A stretch of DNA of 64,000 bases from a virus. The notes under the pieces are model-generated. The model made no database searches, had not been told where the DNA came from, and saw only the letters and a program-made list of their open reading frames with translations. The stretch spans positions 24,309 to 88,308 of IMG/VR virus record IMGVR_UViG_3300025849_000022. One strand, given 5' to 3'. This document shows positions 1 through 9,920 of the stretch, piece after piece. How positions within the stretch are numbered: the first letter of the stretch is position 1; each line of letters starts with the position of its first letter. A program made the translations under genes and the position numbers.

Positions 1-37
1 TAAAAAACTTTGTATCCTCGTGACCTTCTCTATTCAT
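1..37 (-). CDS. 5' end of a gene running off the window (MNREGHEDTKFF...)
   Basis: ATG overlaps the stop of 37..231 (TAATG coupling) and the frame is open to the window edge. Confidence 0.55.
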   Translation of the reverse strand, partial: MNREGHEDTKFF

Positions 38-231
38 TAGTAACTCGTATAACCCCACTTAATTAATTGATCTTGATAATCTACACCTTCATCAATGTTT
101 ACAACTTTAGTAGGTGTAGTTTTACCATCTTTAGTCTCTAGTATTTCCATTTCAGCACCATTCTCTAGTATATGAAATTGTACATCATGTCCTTCGTATG
201 TGTATGTGCCACTGTATGCTTTATTCGCCAT
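37..231 (-). CDS. hypothetical protein
   Basis: 64-aa ORF coupled to both neighbours. Confidence 0.65.
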   Translation of the reverse strand: MANKAYSGTYTYEGHDVQFHILENGAEMEILETKDGKTTPTKVVNIDEGVDYQDQLIKWGYTSY

Positions 232-1762
232 CGAAATCTGCCCTCATTATGTCTTCTTGCATATCTGCTTCACTGTCACCTGACTCGTATTCGTCAGTTT
301 CAAATAAAGCACCAAATGTAGATTGTTCCGCACTACCATCTGAGAAACTAATCTCTTTTAAAAACTCTTTGTTATCTTCTAACATTTGCCTTGCATTTGT
401 GTTATTAGGATCTAACACTTCTTCTGCAAAACTATCAAACATTAAAATAGTACCAGGTACATAAGGTGAAGTTTCATTGCTTACACTACTACCTTTTACC
501 TTCTTCCAGTTCTTCCAATGTGTAGGTGTTCTATATTTTTCCATATCAGCAAGTCTATTTGCTTCTTGCGTTGCTGTAATATGATTATAAACACTATGAC
601 CCATGTAAAGAGCATAACTTAGTGTGTCCCAACTAGTTGTGCATTCTTTACCATTCCTGTTTGTATCTCCATGTCCTAAAACACAGATATCACCAACAGT
701 TAGTCTACTCATTATAGGGGAATGTGCAAAAGGCATAGGCATCTTTGATCCTTTCATGTCTTTGTTATCGAATGCTCTATCCATAAAGTATCCAAATCGC
801 TTGGCTCTGTACTCATTATGTGTGTAAGTCTGGCCATATGCTGTATTAACAAAAGGCGATGCCGCATCAAATGAAAGTGTTATATTAGGATTGTCGTGCT
901 TTCTCAACTGTCTTTGGATACTAGTGAGGTGACATGCCCAATTAAGGCGTCCAGTACCTAAGAAGTGTATCCAATCCTTGCCTTCAAGTAAACCGTCTTC
1001 TCTAAGATCCAACAATCTACTTAGCACACTATACATGTGCTTCATATTGATACCAGCGAATGCGTAACCCTCTAAGGTTCTATTCTCATCACCGTATGCT
1101 TCTTGCACAAAACTTTTATTGGAAAAATGCTTTACTGCATCATACCATGTTTTGCTATTCTCTTCGTTACTACCACTTAACACATTTAAAAACTTAGTAG
1201 CACCTGGTGTTCTGTTCCTCATAAAATAGTCTAAATTAAGTAGACTGATATCTAGTGTGTCTTGAAATTCTGTAAGTCCTGTCCTTTCGCTTAGTTTACC
1301 AACTGCCGCAAAAGCAGGAACATCTAATGTCATACTCCAGTCTGCTGTATGCTCTAACCATGTAAGTATCTTATTACAAAATGCTGTTCTTACAGGATCA
1401 TTAGGATCTTTAGCATTGCTCCAATCCATTTTAATAACACCTGTGGCAAGTTGGAAACCACCTGAGTCTCCTAGTATCATAGTTTTACTACGATCTCTAC
1501 CTTGTATCATTGGCTCACGTTCATCGCTTTTAACAGGATCTAAGTGAGCATGTCCACCTGAGTAAAGACCCCATGGGTAATGATAATAACTGTTCTCAGG
1601 ATCAAGGAAGTTCATACCTTGTGTGCCTTTTTCAAAGCCTTCAGGGCATCTCCATTCACTTGGATTAGCATCCATTTTCTGTAATTGCGTTACATAGAAC
1701 CCACTAATGGCGGGCAGGTAAACTGCCCAATCCTGGTGCTTCTTTCCTAAATCTTCTGTCAT
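221..1762 (-). CDS. TGT/DpdA-like guanine transglycosylase (probable 7-deazaguanine DNA or tRNA modification enzyme)
   Basis: TGT barrel motifs in order: ILGDSGGFQ, MTLDVP, NVLSG, GYAFAG, IHFLGTG, SFDAASP. Confidence 0.7.
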   Translation of the reverse strand: MTEDLGKKHQDWAVYLPAISGFYVTQLQKMDANPSEWRCPEGFEKGTQGMNFLDPENSYYHYPWGLYSGGHAHLDPVKSDEREPMIQGRDRSKTMILGDSGGFQLATGVIKMDWSNAKDPNDPVRTAFCNKILTWLEHTADWSMTLDVPAFAAVGKLSERTGLTEFQDTLDISLLNLDYFMRNRTPGATKFLNVLSGSNEENSKTWYDAVKHFSNKSFVQEAYGDENRTLEGYAFAGINMKHMYSVLSRLLDLREDGLLEGKDWIHFLGTGRLNWACHLTSIQRQLRKHDNPNITLSFDAASPFVNTAYGQTYTHNEYRAKRFGYFMDRAFDNKDMKGSKMPMPFAHSPIMSRLTVGDICVLGHGDTNRNGKECTTSWDTLSYALYMGHSVYNHITATQEANRLADMEKYRTPTHWKNWKKVKGSSVSNETSPYVPGTILMFDSFAEEVLDPNNTNARQMLEDNKEFLKEISFSDGSAEQSTFGALFETDEYESGDSEADMQEDIMRADFDGE

Positions 1763-1764
1763 GT

Positions 1765-2508
1765 TTAACTCTTAGCAGGTAATATATATTTGTATTCGCC
1801 TAAGCCACTGTCAATCACAATTTGCATTGCTCCTGCGTTAGCAAAACTAACAGTACAATTTGCACTATCGCTTAGTCTTAGAATACTTAATGTTTTGTCT
1901 ATTTCCCATTTCCAGTTGCCAGACAGTTCGCCTTCAACATTATTATTAATAGGAAGTTTACCTTTATCACCGGCACCTTCACCAATGCTAAAATATAAAG
2001 CACCATCTTCTGTACTTGGAGAAAACACTGGTTCAAAGCCACCTAACACACCATTGAAGTAACCTAAGTCTTTTAAGTTCTTCTGTGACGGTGTAATAGT
2101 AACGTCCCATGGTATCTCTTTCATTGTAACAGATTTTAGTTGCTGATTAATAACATCTGCTAACATAAATCTATAACTACCTGTGTGTCCTTCTGCACTT
2201 GTGAAACTAATCTGTACAGGAATATCGTCTCCATTCCTGCTTTGTGTTTCTACATTTACAGTAGAACCTTCATCTACAAATCCTGGAAACTTTAAGTATC
2301 CATCTAGTACACTCATTCTACTAAGACCTACTGTTTGGTCTACAAAGTCTGCTACAGGATTGTGTAGTTTACCTTGCAGGATAACAGTTTTGTCTGCATC
2401 CATGGCCTCTATAGTTGTACTTTCAGCAGTACCACTAATTTTAACCTGTTCAATAAAGCCTAAGGCGTGGGTGTGCCTTAGAATGTCTTTAAATATATCT
2501 TTTATCAT
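1765..2508 (-). CDS. gp45: DNA polymerase sliding clamp (T4 gp45-like)
   Basis: 247 aa, directly downstream of the polymerase; clamp-like C-terminus (GEYKYILPA). Confidence 0.7.
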   Translation of the reverse strand: MIKDIFKDILRHTHALGFIEQVKISGTAESTTIEAMDADKTVILQGKLHNPVADFVDQTVGLSRMSVLDGYLKFPGFVDEGSTVNVETQSRNGDDIPVQISFTSAEGHTGSYRFMLADVINQQLKSVTMKEIPWDVTITPSQKNLKDLGYFNGVLGGFEPVFSPSTEDGALYFSIGEGAGDKGKLPINNNVEGELSGNWKWEIDKTLSILRLSDSANCTVSFANAGAMQIVIDSGLGEYKYILPAKS

Positions 2509-2598
2509 ATGTTGTCACCTCTTACATTAAAGTTATTATTTAGGCCTTTACACCTAAAAAGTTTATAAATCCTGGCCGTTTGATACCTAACGACCAAG

Positions 2599-5304
2599 TT
2601 AATCATTAAAATTAAATAAACTATGGAATGTATTGCTGGTATCTGTTGCTGACAAATCCCATTTAAGTACATTCAATAAGTTTTCTACTTTCTTATCAAC
2701 AACTGCTTCTTCCATTGAATCTTCATCAAAGGGTAGTTGTTTAAACCATTCTGGTATATGCATTTCATCTGTTGGATATGCAATACTAGTATATCCCATG
2801 GCATTACTTTTAAGCCTGCATACAATAACTTTCATACCATCTGTTATTTGCATACTGTATTGATCGCTATTTGCTTTTAGCATATTATTCCAATTAATAC
2901 TTGCTCTAACATGCCCGGGGATCATTATTTTCTTTTCGTCTTTGAGTTTTTCTAACTTGTATAAACTAGCACTTTTGTTCATACTAAATGCTTTATTATA
3001 TGCTTCTGTGTAGTATGTTAAGTTGTTTACACGTTTTGGCATACCTTTACGCCAAGGGTCCATTGCTTTAAACTCTTTCTTAAACTCTCTAACATTTGCT
3101 AAAACCTTTGTTTCACCATCGCCATTTAGTGTTTGCCCTAATATGTCTGATAAAAAGTCTTGCACAAACTCTGGAGTATCTGACCTCTTAAGGTCTAACC
3201 CCATTACTTTGAGTTTACCACCTTCGGGTTGATACCCTTCTAAATCTAATACATTAATAGCATATCTTTTCTTTGTAATAAAGATGCCGGCTCTACCAAC
3301 TACTTCTCTGCCGGCTTTAAGTATATTACCTTGGCTAGTTGAAATGTTAAATGAATTTTTTGCAAATAAAGGGAAAGAATCACTAACGGTATCTGATATA
3401 GTATCATATAATTTAATTGCACTATCCATGTCTAATTCAATGTCTTGCTTTTTACTAATCTCATGAGCACTAAAATACACTGAGTCAGTATCACCATATA
3501 CTATTGTATCTCCAGTATGATCATACTCGCCTGTGAGCATTTTGTTTGTCTCTGCTCCCATGTGTCTAGTGATTGCACGACCAGTAAGTGTAGTACTTTG
3601 ACCTATCCTGTGGTCAAAGAACCTACTACCTGGATTACAAATAGCACCATATGTACTGTTAAGTAGAATCTTTCTGACTAACTGTCGCTTATCCCAAAAT
3701 GCTATGTCTTCTGGCGTTGTTGCTTTTTTCTTTTTAGCCTGTAACTCTTGTCTTTCTGCATACCATCTCTCCAATAGTCCTGGTATAATACCTTGTACAT
3801 CTGTTCTGTATATAGTACCATTTGCACTAATGCACCAAGGCTCATCACTGTTAAACAGCATGTTATATACATCAGCACCTTTGACACTAACTTCTCTTTT
3901 ATCTTCTAAATCTAATATAAGTGGCTTATCAATATCTTTAGCCATTACCATTTCATATTCATTTGTACCGAACTTACCTGCCCAGGCATCTGCAAATGAC
4001 TTCTTCTCAATTTGCATTTTTTCTGTAATTTCTTTGTCTGTGTACTCTTGTCTTAGTTGCCCAACAATAGTTTCAGGAGCCATATTCAATGCTCTAATAA
4101 CACTTGGATACAGACTGTTTATATCCATTGATCCTACCCATTCATGCATACCTTTCTTAGGAAATGCCACATAGGCACCTGCAACTGTATTCCCCCATGG
4201 ATTCTCAGAATCTTTGTTTCGCTTTCTATCTGGTATAACCATACCGCGTCTGTGTGCTTCATTGATAATAGCAGAGTCAATTGTTTGTACCGCTCCCATT
4301 GTTACTGGAAGTAATACTGTATTCTGATGAGCAATCTCACTAGCAAGACTAATAAATTGTAACTTGTCGTCTAACTTTTTAAGTAGCATTGTGTCTTGAA
4401 TATTGTATTCTAAAAACAATTCAAAGTCATGATTGTAAAGTCTATCAAGCGAACCATCATATACAACCTTCTTTTCACCTACTTCCATTTCGCCAATGTA
4501 GTCTAGTCTATAACTATGGCGTTCTTCGTAGTTGTATTTTCTATACAGTTGCATATAGTCTAAATGCACACGACCTACTAGATCATATGTTTGTGTTTCT
4601 CTACCGTGATTGATGTATTCTCTTTTAACAATATTCTTATCAAGTAAACACAGACGCCTTGTTTCGCTTTTACCTAGTACTTTGATAATTCTGTTTACGG
4701 TATAAGGAATATCATAACCTTCACTGTTCCAACCACTTAGTATATCAGCATCATCAATGAGGCTAAGGAAAGCATCTAACATTGCTTTCTCGCCACCAAA
4801 TAGTATTGTATCGCCTACATTATCTGCAATCTTTTGTGCTTGTTCCCAATTAAGTGTTTTAGGTGGAACTGCTAAACATACTATTTTATCCATCCAGTCT
4901 AAGTAAACACTGATACTAGTGATAGGCATAAATGCATCTTCAGGAGAACTATAACCTCTTTCAGGGTCAAAGTCTACCTCAATATCAAAAAAGCATTTGT
5001 GTAAGTCTGGTGCATCAACACCCAAGTAATGATCTGCTAATACTCTATTAACAGGCTTTAGGTCGCTTTCGTATGTTTGTTTGTTTTGATATAGTGCTAC
5101 ATTGCGTTTAAAGTCTTTCCAGTTGTTTGCTGTAATCTTGCTAACTGGGTCACCGAATACACTATGCTGTTTGCCTTTTGGATCATCTACATAAAAGTAG
5201 TACCGCATAGGGTGATCAATGATCTTACGTTCGCCTTCTTTTGTTCGCTCGACTACTCTTACTATGCCTTTGTTCTGTTCAAAAACTGCGTCAACGTAAC
5301 TCAT
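2599..5304 (-). CDS. gp43: family B DNA polymerase (T4 gp43-like)
   Basis: Exonuclease motifs FFDIEVD, GWNSEGYDIPY, YNIQD; polymerase motifs DINSLYPS, KILLNSTYG, YGDTDS, KKRY. Confidence 0.97.
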   Translation of the reverse strand: MSYVDAVFEQNKGIVRVVERTKEGERKIIDHPMRYYFYVDDPKGKQHSVFGDPVSKITANNWKDFKRNVALYQNKQTYESDLKPVNRVLADHYLGVDAPDLHKCFFDIEVDFDPERGYSSPEDAFMPITSISVYLDWMDKIVCLAVPPKTLNWEQAQKIADNVGDTILFGGEKAMLDAFLSLIDDADILSGWNSEGYDIPYTVNRIIKVLGKSETRRLCLLDKNIVKREYINHGRETQTYDLVGRVHLDYMQLYRKYNYEERHSYRLDYIGEMEVGEKKVVYDGSLDRLYNHDFELFLEYNIQDTMLLKKLDDKLQFISLASEIAHQNTVLLPVTMGAVQTIDSAIINEAHRRGMVIPDRKRNKDSENPWGNTVAGAYVAFPKKGMHEWVGSMDINSLYPSVIRALNMAPETIVGQLRQEYTDKEITEKMQIEKKSFADAWAGKFGTNEYEMVMAKDIDKPLILDLEDKREVSVKGADVYNMLFNSDEPWCISANGTIYRTDVQGIIPGLLERWYAERQELQAKKKKATTPEDIAFWDKRQLVRKILLNSTYGAICNPGSRFFDHRIGQSTTLTGRAITRHMGAETNKMLTGEYDHTGDTIVYGDTDSVYFSAHEISKKQDIELDMDSAIKLYDTISDTVSDSFPLFAKNSFNISTSQGNILKAGREVVGRAGIFITKKRYAINVLDLEGYQPEGGKLKVMGLDLKRSDTPEFVQDFLSDILGQTLNGDGETKVLANVREFKKEFKAMDPWRKGMPKRVNNLTYYTEAYNKAFSMNKSASLYKLEKLKDEKKIMIPGHVRASINWNNMLKANSDQYSMQITDGMKVIVCRLKSNAMGYTSIAYPTDEMHIPEWFKQLPFDEDSMEEAVVDKKVENLLNVLKWDLSATDTSNTFHSLFNFND

Positions 5305-5551
5305 TTAATTTGTCCGAATATTTTAACATAAATTTATATTTGCTTGCCTCTGTTATAAACTTTGCATATACTTTTGCAACTGGTTTATAACTGCTTTCAA
5401 AGTCTACTTCTTTAGAAAAGGTTGCTTCTTCACCAAATGCAAAGAAAGGAATCATTGTGTCATGCAACCTATCTTCAAAGATGTGCTCATAGTCAGCATC
5501 ATCTGTCCATTGCATGTCAAATAAATATACCTTTTCTATAGTCAGACTCAT
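5291..5551 (-). CDS. hypothetical protein
   Basis: 86-aa ORF starting 6 nt after a TATACT -10 element; overlaps the polymerase start. Confidence 0.7.
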   Translation of the reverse strand: MSLTIEKVYLFDMQWTDDADYEHIFEDRLHDTMIPFFAFGEEATFSKEVDFESSYKPVAKVYAKFITEASKYKFMLKYSDKLNELR

Positions 5552-5557
5552 ATTAGT

Positions 5558-5586
5558 AGTATAACAGATAGAACTATATTGTCAAC
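5558..5586 (-). promoter_or_regulatory. sigma70-type early/middle promoter for the polymerase operon
   Basis: TTGACA-17 nt-TATACT on the minus strand. Confidence 0.75.
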
Positions 5587-5611
5587 CTGTTTTTAGTTTA
5601 TTGGTCCTGTT

Positions 5612-5878
5612 TTATAAGTGGTCTTTACCAACTGCGGCTAGAATAGTTTCTAGTGCATCAAACTTATCTGTTTCATCGGTAAATGATGCCTTATGAGCAA
5701 CTTTAACTGCTTTCATAAGGACTGCTGGTTTAATATCCATTTCTTCTGCTATTGCCTTAACGGTTTCTCTTAAACCAACTTGGAGTGATTCTACTTCATA
5801 AAGGACTTGGTCTCCTTCCTGAACTAGTTTTTTAAGTCTTGCGACTTCTTCTTGATTGAATGTTTTGTTGAACGCCAT
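5612..5878 (-). CDS. small dsDNA-binding/transcription protein (T4 DsbA-like)
   Basis: 88-aa helical protein with ETVKAIAEEMDIKPAVLMKAVKVAHK pattern. Confidence 0.55.
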   Translation of the reverse strand: MAFNKTFNQEEVARLKKLVQEGDQVLYEVESLQVGLRETVKAIAEEMDIKPAVLMKAVKVAHKASFTDETDKFDALETILAAVGKDHL

Positions 5879-5946
5879 ATAAATCCTGTGTGTATGTTAA
5901 TAATTATCTAAAGTATTATACTAGAAATAAGTAATGTGGTCAAGTA

Positions 5947-6252
5947 CTAATATTCAGTACTGGCCTCAAAGTCCCAATCAGGTACATCTAATTCCTCTGC
6001 AAGAATTTTCGCAATCTGCGTACCTTCTTCTGCACTAATGTCATCTTGTGTTAATACCTCATATACTTGAACATCATCTGATTCGTAATGTACAACTTCT
6101 GCTTTTACTTTGTTGCCACTGCCATCAAATGATGAAAATACTTTGGTTGGAACAACACTTTGTACTATGTCAAAGAAGTCTACAATATCATCACGTGATA
6201 TTTCATCCTCTACGACTATTCTTACAAAGTGTTTTCTTACCTTATCTACCAT
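5947..6252 (-). CDS. hypothetical acidic protein
   Basis: ORF in the operon with genome-typical codon usage. Confidence 0.7.
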   Translation of the reverse strand: MVDKVRKHFVRIVVEDEISRDDIVDFFDIVQSVVPTKVFSSFDGSGNKVKAEVVHYESDDVQVYEVLTQDDISAEEGTQIAKILAEELDVPDWDFEASTEY

Positions 6253-6257
6253 AGTAA

Positions 6258-6584
6258 TTACTTACCTTTACTAAATGCTTGAGCACCAAAGAAGGCGGCA
6301 ACAATACCTGCTACTGCTACAAAGTATGTAGCGGCCATATCGCCTAGTATCTCACTTGCTTGATTTAGTCCAGCCAATACTGCAATTACTACAGCAAATG
6401 GATATAAAAGCATACCACTTAGTGCGAACCAAGCCATGCTACGTTGAGCATCTCTCATTGCATCTAAATCTTCCAGTTCTTTTCTTTTGAACTCTAGGAA
6501 CATTTGCTCTTCTTGTTTTGAAACCTTTCCATCTCCATTTGTATCAGCCGGATGATGTATTGCTGTATTACTTTCGTCTGCCAT
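6258..6584 (-). CDS. small two-TM membrane protein with an EF-hand-like loop (holin-like candidate)
   Basis: DTNGDGKVSKQE loop, two hydrophobic helices, AGGAG RBS. Confidence 0.65.
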   Translation of the reverse strand: MADESNTAIHHPADTNGDGKVSKQEEQMFLEFKRKELEDLDAMRDAQRSMAWFALSGMLLYPFAVVIAVLAGLNQASEILGDMAATYFVAVAGIVAAFFGAQAFSKGK

Positions 6585-6597
6585 TTATGTTCTCCTA

Positions 6598-7710
6598 CTA
6601 ACTTATGACTGCTCTGTCTGTTACTCTTCTCCAGTTAGTGCCATCACTAAATGCCATTACTGGACCCCCTGTGTCATTGGTTACATAAATCATATGCCCA
6701 ATGTATGCAGATGCATCAGGTACTGATAAAACTGCATATCGTGGAAACTCAACTGGTCCTCCACTTGTTTCAACTACGCCATAGTCACTGTTGACCAGTG
6801 CAACTACTGAATCTGTTAAATTACCATAGTCTAAACTGTCTGTTGCTGAGGCTGTAATTGCACCGTAATCACTTACGGTTTCAAATAAAATTGATGAAAC
6901 AGTACCACCTACTGATAGTTTTGCTTCTGCTTCATTATATGTAAATGCAGTTGAACCACCTAATGAACCACTGTCATTATATTGTACATTTGTATTACTA
7001 CCTGCTGGGGTGGCATCTACATTTGCAAAACTTACTGTACCACTACCATCTGTTGTTAATACTTGGTTAGCACTACCATCTGCTGTTGGCATTGTGTAAA
7101 CACCATTAACAATTAATGTATTTGCTTTAACAACATTAGGTGCACCGTTTGGTGCTATACTTCCTGTTACATTACCACTTAGGTTACCAACAAAAGCACC
7201 AGCACTAAATGTTTGACCATTAACTGTCCATTCGCCTTCTTCTTCGTCCCAACGAATGTAAACGTTACTTTCGTTACCACGATTAATTAATATTCCTGCG
7301 TTAGCAGTTGCGGGTTGGTTTGAAGGAAGGTCGCTGTTTAAAACTATTTCATTGTCAGCAATATTGAGAGTCTCGGTATTGATTATAGATTGTGTACCGT
7401 TTACAATTAAATTACCTGTTATGGTAACATCATTTGCAAAGGTATTATCTGTATCAACTCTGGCAAAACTTGTACTATTAATAGTATCTAATGTGTCTGC
7501 ATCACCTACAGTGAGTTTGCTCCATGCTACACTACCGTCTGAAACGGTTGCTATTTTAAGTAATGTATTACTAGAATCGAACCAAAGATCACCTGTCGAG
7601 ATATGATTGACGTCACTGGGTGCGTCAGATGTCCCGTATATTCTAGAACCGCGTTTTCCGATTCTAAAACTGCTTTGCGAGGTACCTTTGGCATTCATTA
7701 TGATTGCCAT
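6598..7710 (-). CDS. virion structural / tail-fibre-like protein
   Basis: G/T/S/N-rich beta repeats (TITGNLIVNGT, TMPTADGSANQVLTTDGSG), C-terminal AFSDGTNWRRV; late promoter motif upstream. Confidence 0.75.
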   Translation of the reverse strand: MAIIMNAKGTSQSSFRIGKRGSRIYGTSDAPSDVNHISTGDLWFDSSNTLLKIATVSDGSVAWSKLTVGDADTLDTINSTSFARVDTDNTFANDVTITGNLIVNGTQSIINTETLNIADNEIVLNSDLPSNQPATANAGILINRGNESNVYIRWDEEEGEWTVNGQTFSAGAFVGNLSGNVTGSIAPNGAPNVVKANTLIVNGVYTMPTADGSANQVLTTDGSGTVSFANVDATPAGSNTNVQYNDSGSLGGSTAFTYNEAEAKLSVGGTVSSILFETVSDYGAITASATDSLDYGNLTDSVVALVNSDYGVVETSGGPVEFPRYAVLSVPDASAYIGHMIYVTNDTGGPVMAFSDGTNWRRVTDRAVIS

Positions 7711-7822
7711 TCGTTACTGCTCTCCAATATGTACTTGTCTAGCATTCTGCTAGTCTACATGTAAACATGTAGTCAAATCCTATTAGGACTTAACTATATT
7801 TATCTTTTTTATAAATATATGT

Positions 7823-8491
7823 ATGAGTACAGAATATACTAAATGGACTGTAGATAGGATACTTGATACAGCACCAATAGAAACAGACAAACTACATGTA
7901 ATGGATGTTGATAACTTTATGCATCCAGATTTGTACGCACAGGTACAAAATTGCATACCATGGAATAATTGGCAAAACGAAGAATTACCAGGCAGACACG
8001 GCTATCATATTAGTCCAGATGAATCGCAAGAAGCATTACAAATAGCCACAGAATATGTATATAATAACCAAGAGGTTTTAGATGCAATAGGTAATGTTAT
8101 GAATATGTCAAGTAATGTAAACATTAATCAACCTTTTATGTGGATGGACACAAACAAAAATTCTGTTCATGATGTGCATGTAGACCACCCTTCCTATTAT
8201 TATACAGTTCAGCATTCATTAGCAGACAACGATGAATTTGCACATACTGGTACAATGTTTTGGGAGGTTGATTGTGCGTATGATCGGGCAATCGATGAAG
8301 GATTAGATCCTACCTTTGGAGAGGATAGTAAATTAGTACGAATGGGGCACCAAATGCCTTACATACCTAATAGGGCATACATATTACCAAGAAGCAGTAA
8401 AGGTTGGCATAGTTGTCCGGACCTAACAGTAGAGCCAGATACTATGCAAAGGGTTATGGTTTATTTAATTGCTACTCTTAGGAAAACTTAA
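7823..8491 (+). CDS. 2OG-Fe(II) oxygenase-like protein
   Basis: HVD...WHS...R facial-triad pattern; TAAATA 5 nt before ATG. Confidence 0.65.
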   Translation: MSTEYTKWTVDRILDTAPIETDKLHVMDVDNFMHPDLYAQVQNCIPWNNWQNEELPGRHGYHISPDESQEALQIATEYVYNNQEVLDAIGNVMNMSSNVNINQPFMWMDTNKNSVHDVHVDHPSYYYTVQHSLADNDEFAHTGTMFWEVDCAYDRAIDEGLDPTFGEDSKLVRMGHQMPYIPNRAYILPRSSKGWHSCPDLTVEPDTMQRVMVYLIATLRKT

Positions 8492-9221
8492 CTCTATTCA
8501 AGTAAGTTTCTTTACCACGTGACATCTTGCCTTGTGTATGATCTTTAACATACCCTGTAAGTGATACAATATCGCCTACCTCAGGACCGTTAGTAGATGA
8601 AAAGAATTTTACAATATTGTGATCACCTTCTTTGGCAACATACAAGTAACTGTTACTTCTCCATATAAATTTCTTGTGAAGTATTTCAAGATTAAATGTT
8701 TCACGATCATGTAACGTTCCAACATACCGACTGTGTTGTGCAAGTTCTTTTTCCATTTTATTAAATGCACGTTGTTTCTGCCCATTTTCATAAACACTAG
8801 GCAAACTAGCAATAATACCAATATCTTTATATTGCACAAACTCTTTGTTAATAAGACCAAGTATGGTTCTTTCAAAGTCACTGATATCTCTTTTAATTGC
8901 TTTAAGACTTAGACCTTTGAAGTATTTAATCATGTGAGCAACATTGTCACTATCAGAATCAATAACTTCGACATCTTTATAATATTTAGATAAAGTGCTT
9001 TTAATACTATTTGTTTTAAATTTCTCAATACCTAGATGGTTATTGATTATAAAAAGGTTAGGCAATTTCTTTTGATAACCATTTTCATCTTCTTCGATGT
9101 TGGCATCCTTTTTGATGTAACCACCATTTACTCTGTTTACTGCTACTGACAATGAAAGAAGATCAGTAAGACTATACTGATCCTCAAACCATTTACCTGT
9201 TTTTGCTTTTTGTATATTCAT
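8478..9221 (-). CDS. hypothetical protein (possible C-terminal OB fold)
   Basis: 247-aa ORF; C-terminal VGDIVSLTGYVKDH...ETYLNRVK. Confidence 0.6.
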   Translation of the reverse strand: MNIQKAKTGKWFEDQYSLTDLLSLSVAVNRVNGGYIKKDANIEEDENGYQKKLPNLFIINNHLGIEKFKTNSIKSTLSKYYKDVEVIDSDSDNVAHMIKYFKGLSLKAIKRDISDFERTILGLINKEFVQYKDIGIIASLPSVYENGQKQRAFNKMEKELAQHSRYVGTLHDRETFNLEILHKKFIWRSNSYLYVAKEGDHNIVKFFSSTNGPEVGDIVSLTGYVKDHTQGKMSRGKETYLNRVKFS

Positions 9222-9478
9222 TAAGCGGCCTCTATCATTGAAAGTGGAACACTATATGAACGACCTCGCATATCTACAATGGCCTTCTTAACATTCACTT
9301 TGGTAATAATACCAGGTGTGCGTTTTGTTTTTTGAACAACAAATACATTGTCACCAACACTTAGACTTGCTTTAGCATTAAGTGTTTTAACAGAATTAGT
9401 AAATGCAGATAACTCGTTAAGTTCTGATAAACTAAAGTTACTGTTTTTAATTGCTTGTTTAATTTCTAAAAGTTCCAT
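9221..9478 (-). CDS. hypothetical protein (SH3/KOW-like C-terminus)
   Basis: LSVGDNVFV...GIITKVNVKKAIV. Confidence 0.6.
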   Translation of the reverse strand: MELLEIKQAIKNSNFSLSELNELSAFTNSVKTLNAKASLSVGDNVFVVQKTKRTPGIITKVNVKKAIVDMRGRSYSVPLSMIEAA

Positions 9479-9855
9479 TATACGTTCCTCACTATGTTTG
9501 CATTACTATAATCTAAGATGTTACCTTTCTCATCTCTACCAGGAGATGTTGTAGCATGTAAAATGCTATCAAACTCTCTAATATCAATACCAGTTCTATT
9601 AAGAACACTATCAATAACTCTATCTCTCATCACCTTAAGATGAGGAACATTAACACTTACAGGATACTCAGAACCTTCTGGGTGGTCAATGTTTTCTTCA
9701 TGTCCATACCACATTTCTTCTAACGAAGTAAGTTGTATATTTACAGATTTGCCATCATCTTCGTTGGCATTGTAGCAAGTAAAAGAACCAATATGATATC
9801 CAGGTATGGAAACAATTTTGTCCTTGCTTTGATTTTTTGTATTTAAGTTTTGCAT
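9478..9855 (-). CDS. hypothetical protein
   Basis: AGGAGG RBS; TTGACC-17-TATAAT promoter upstream (~9895-9924). Confidence 0.75.
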   Translation of the reverse strand: MQNLNTKNQSKDKIVSIPGYHIGSFTCYNANEDDGKSVNIQLTSLEEMWYGHEENIDHPEGSEYPVSVNVPHLKVMRDRVIDSVLNRTGIDIREFDSILHATTSPGRDEKGNILDYSNANIVRNV

Positions 9856-9920
9856 TAAGACCTCCTACCGTCTGTGTTTGCTAAATTATGTATATATTAT
9901 AGCAAATTATAGGGTCGAGG

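Noticed and set aside
2599-5304. Intein or intron in the DNA polymerase
   Set aside because: 901 aa with contiguous motifs; no splice-junction or homing-endonuclease signature seen.
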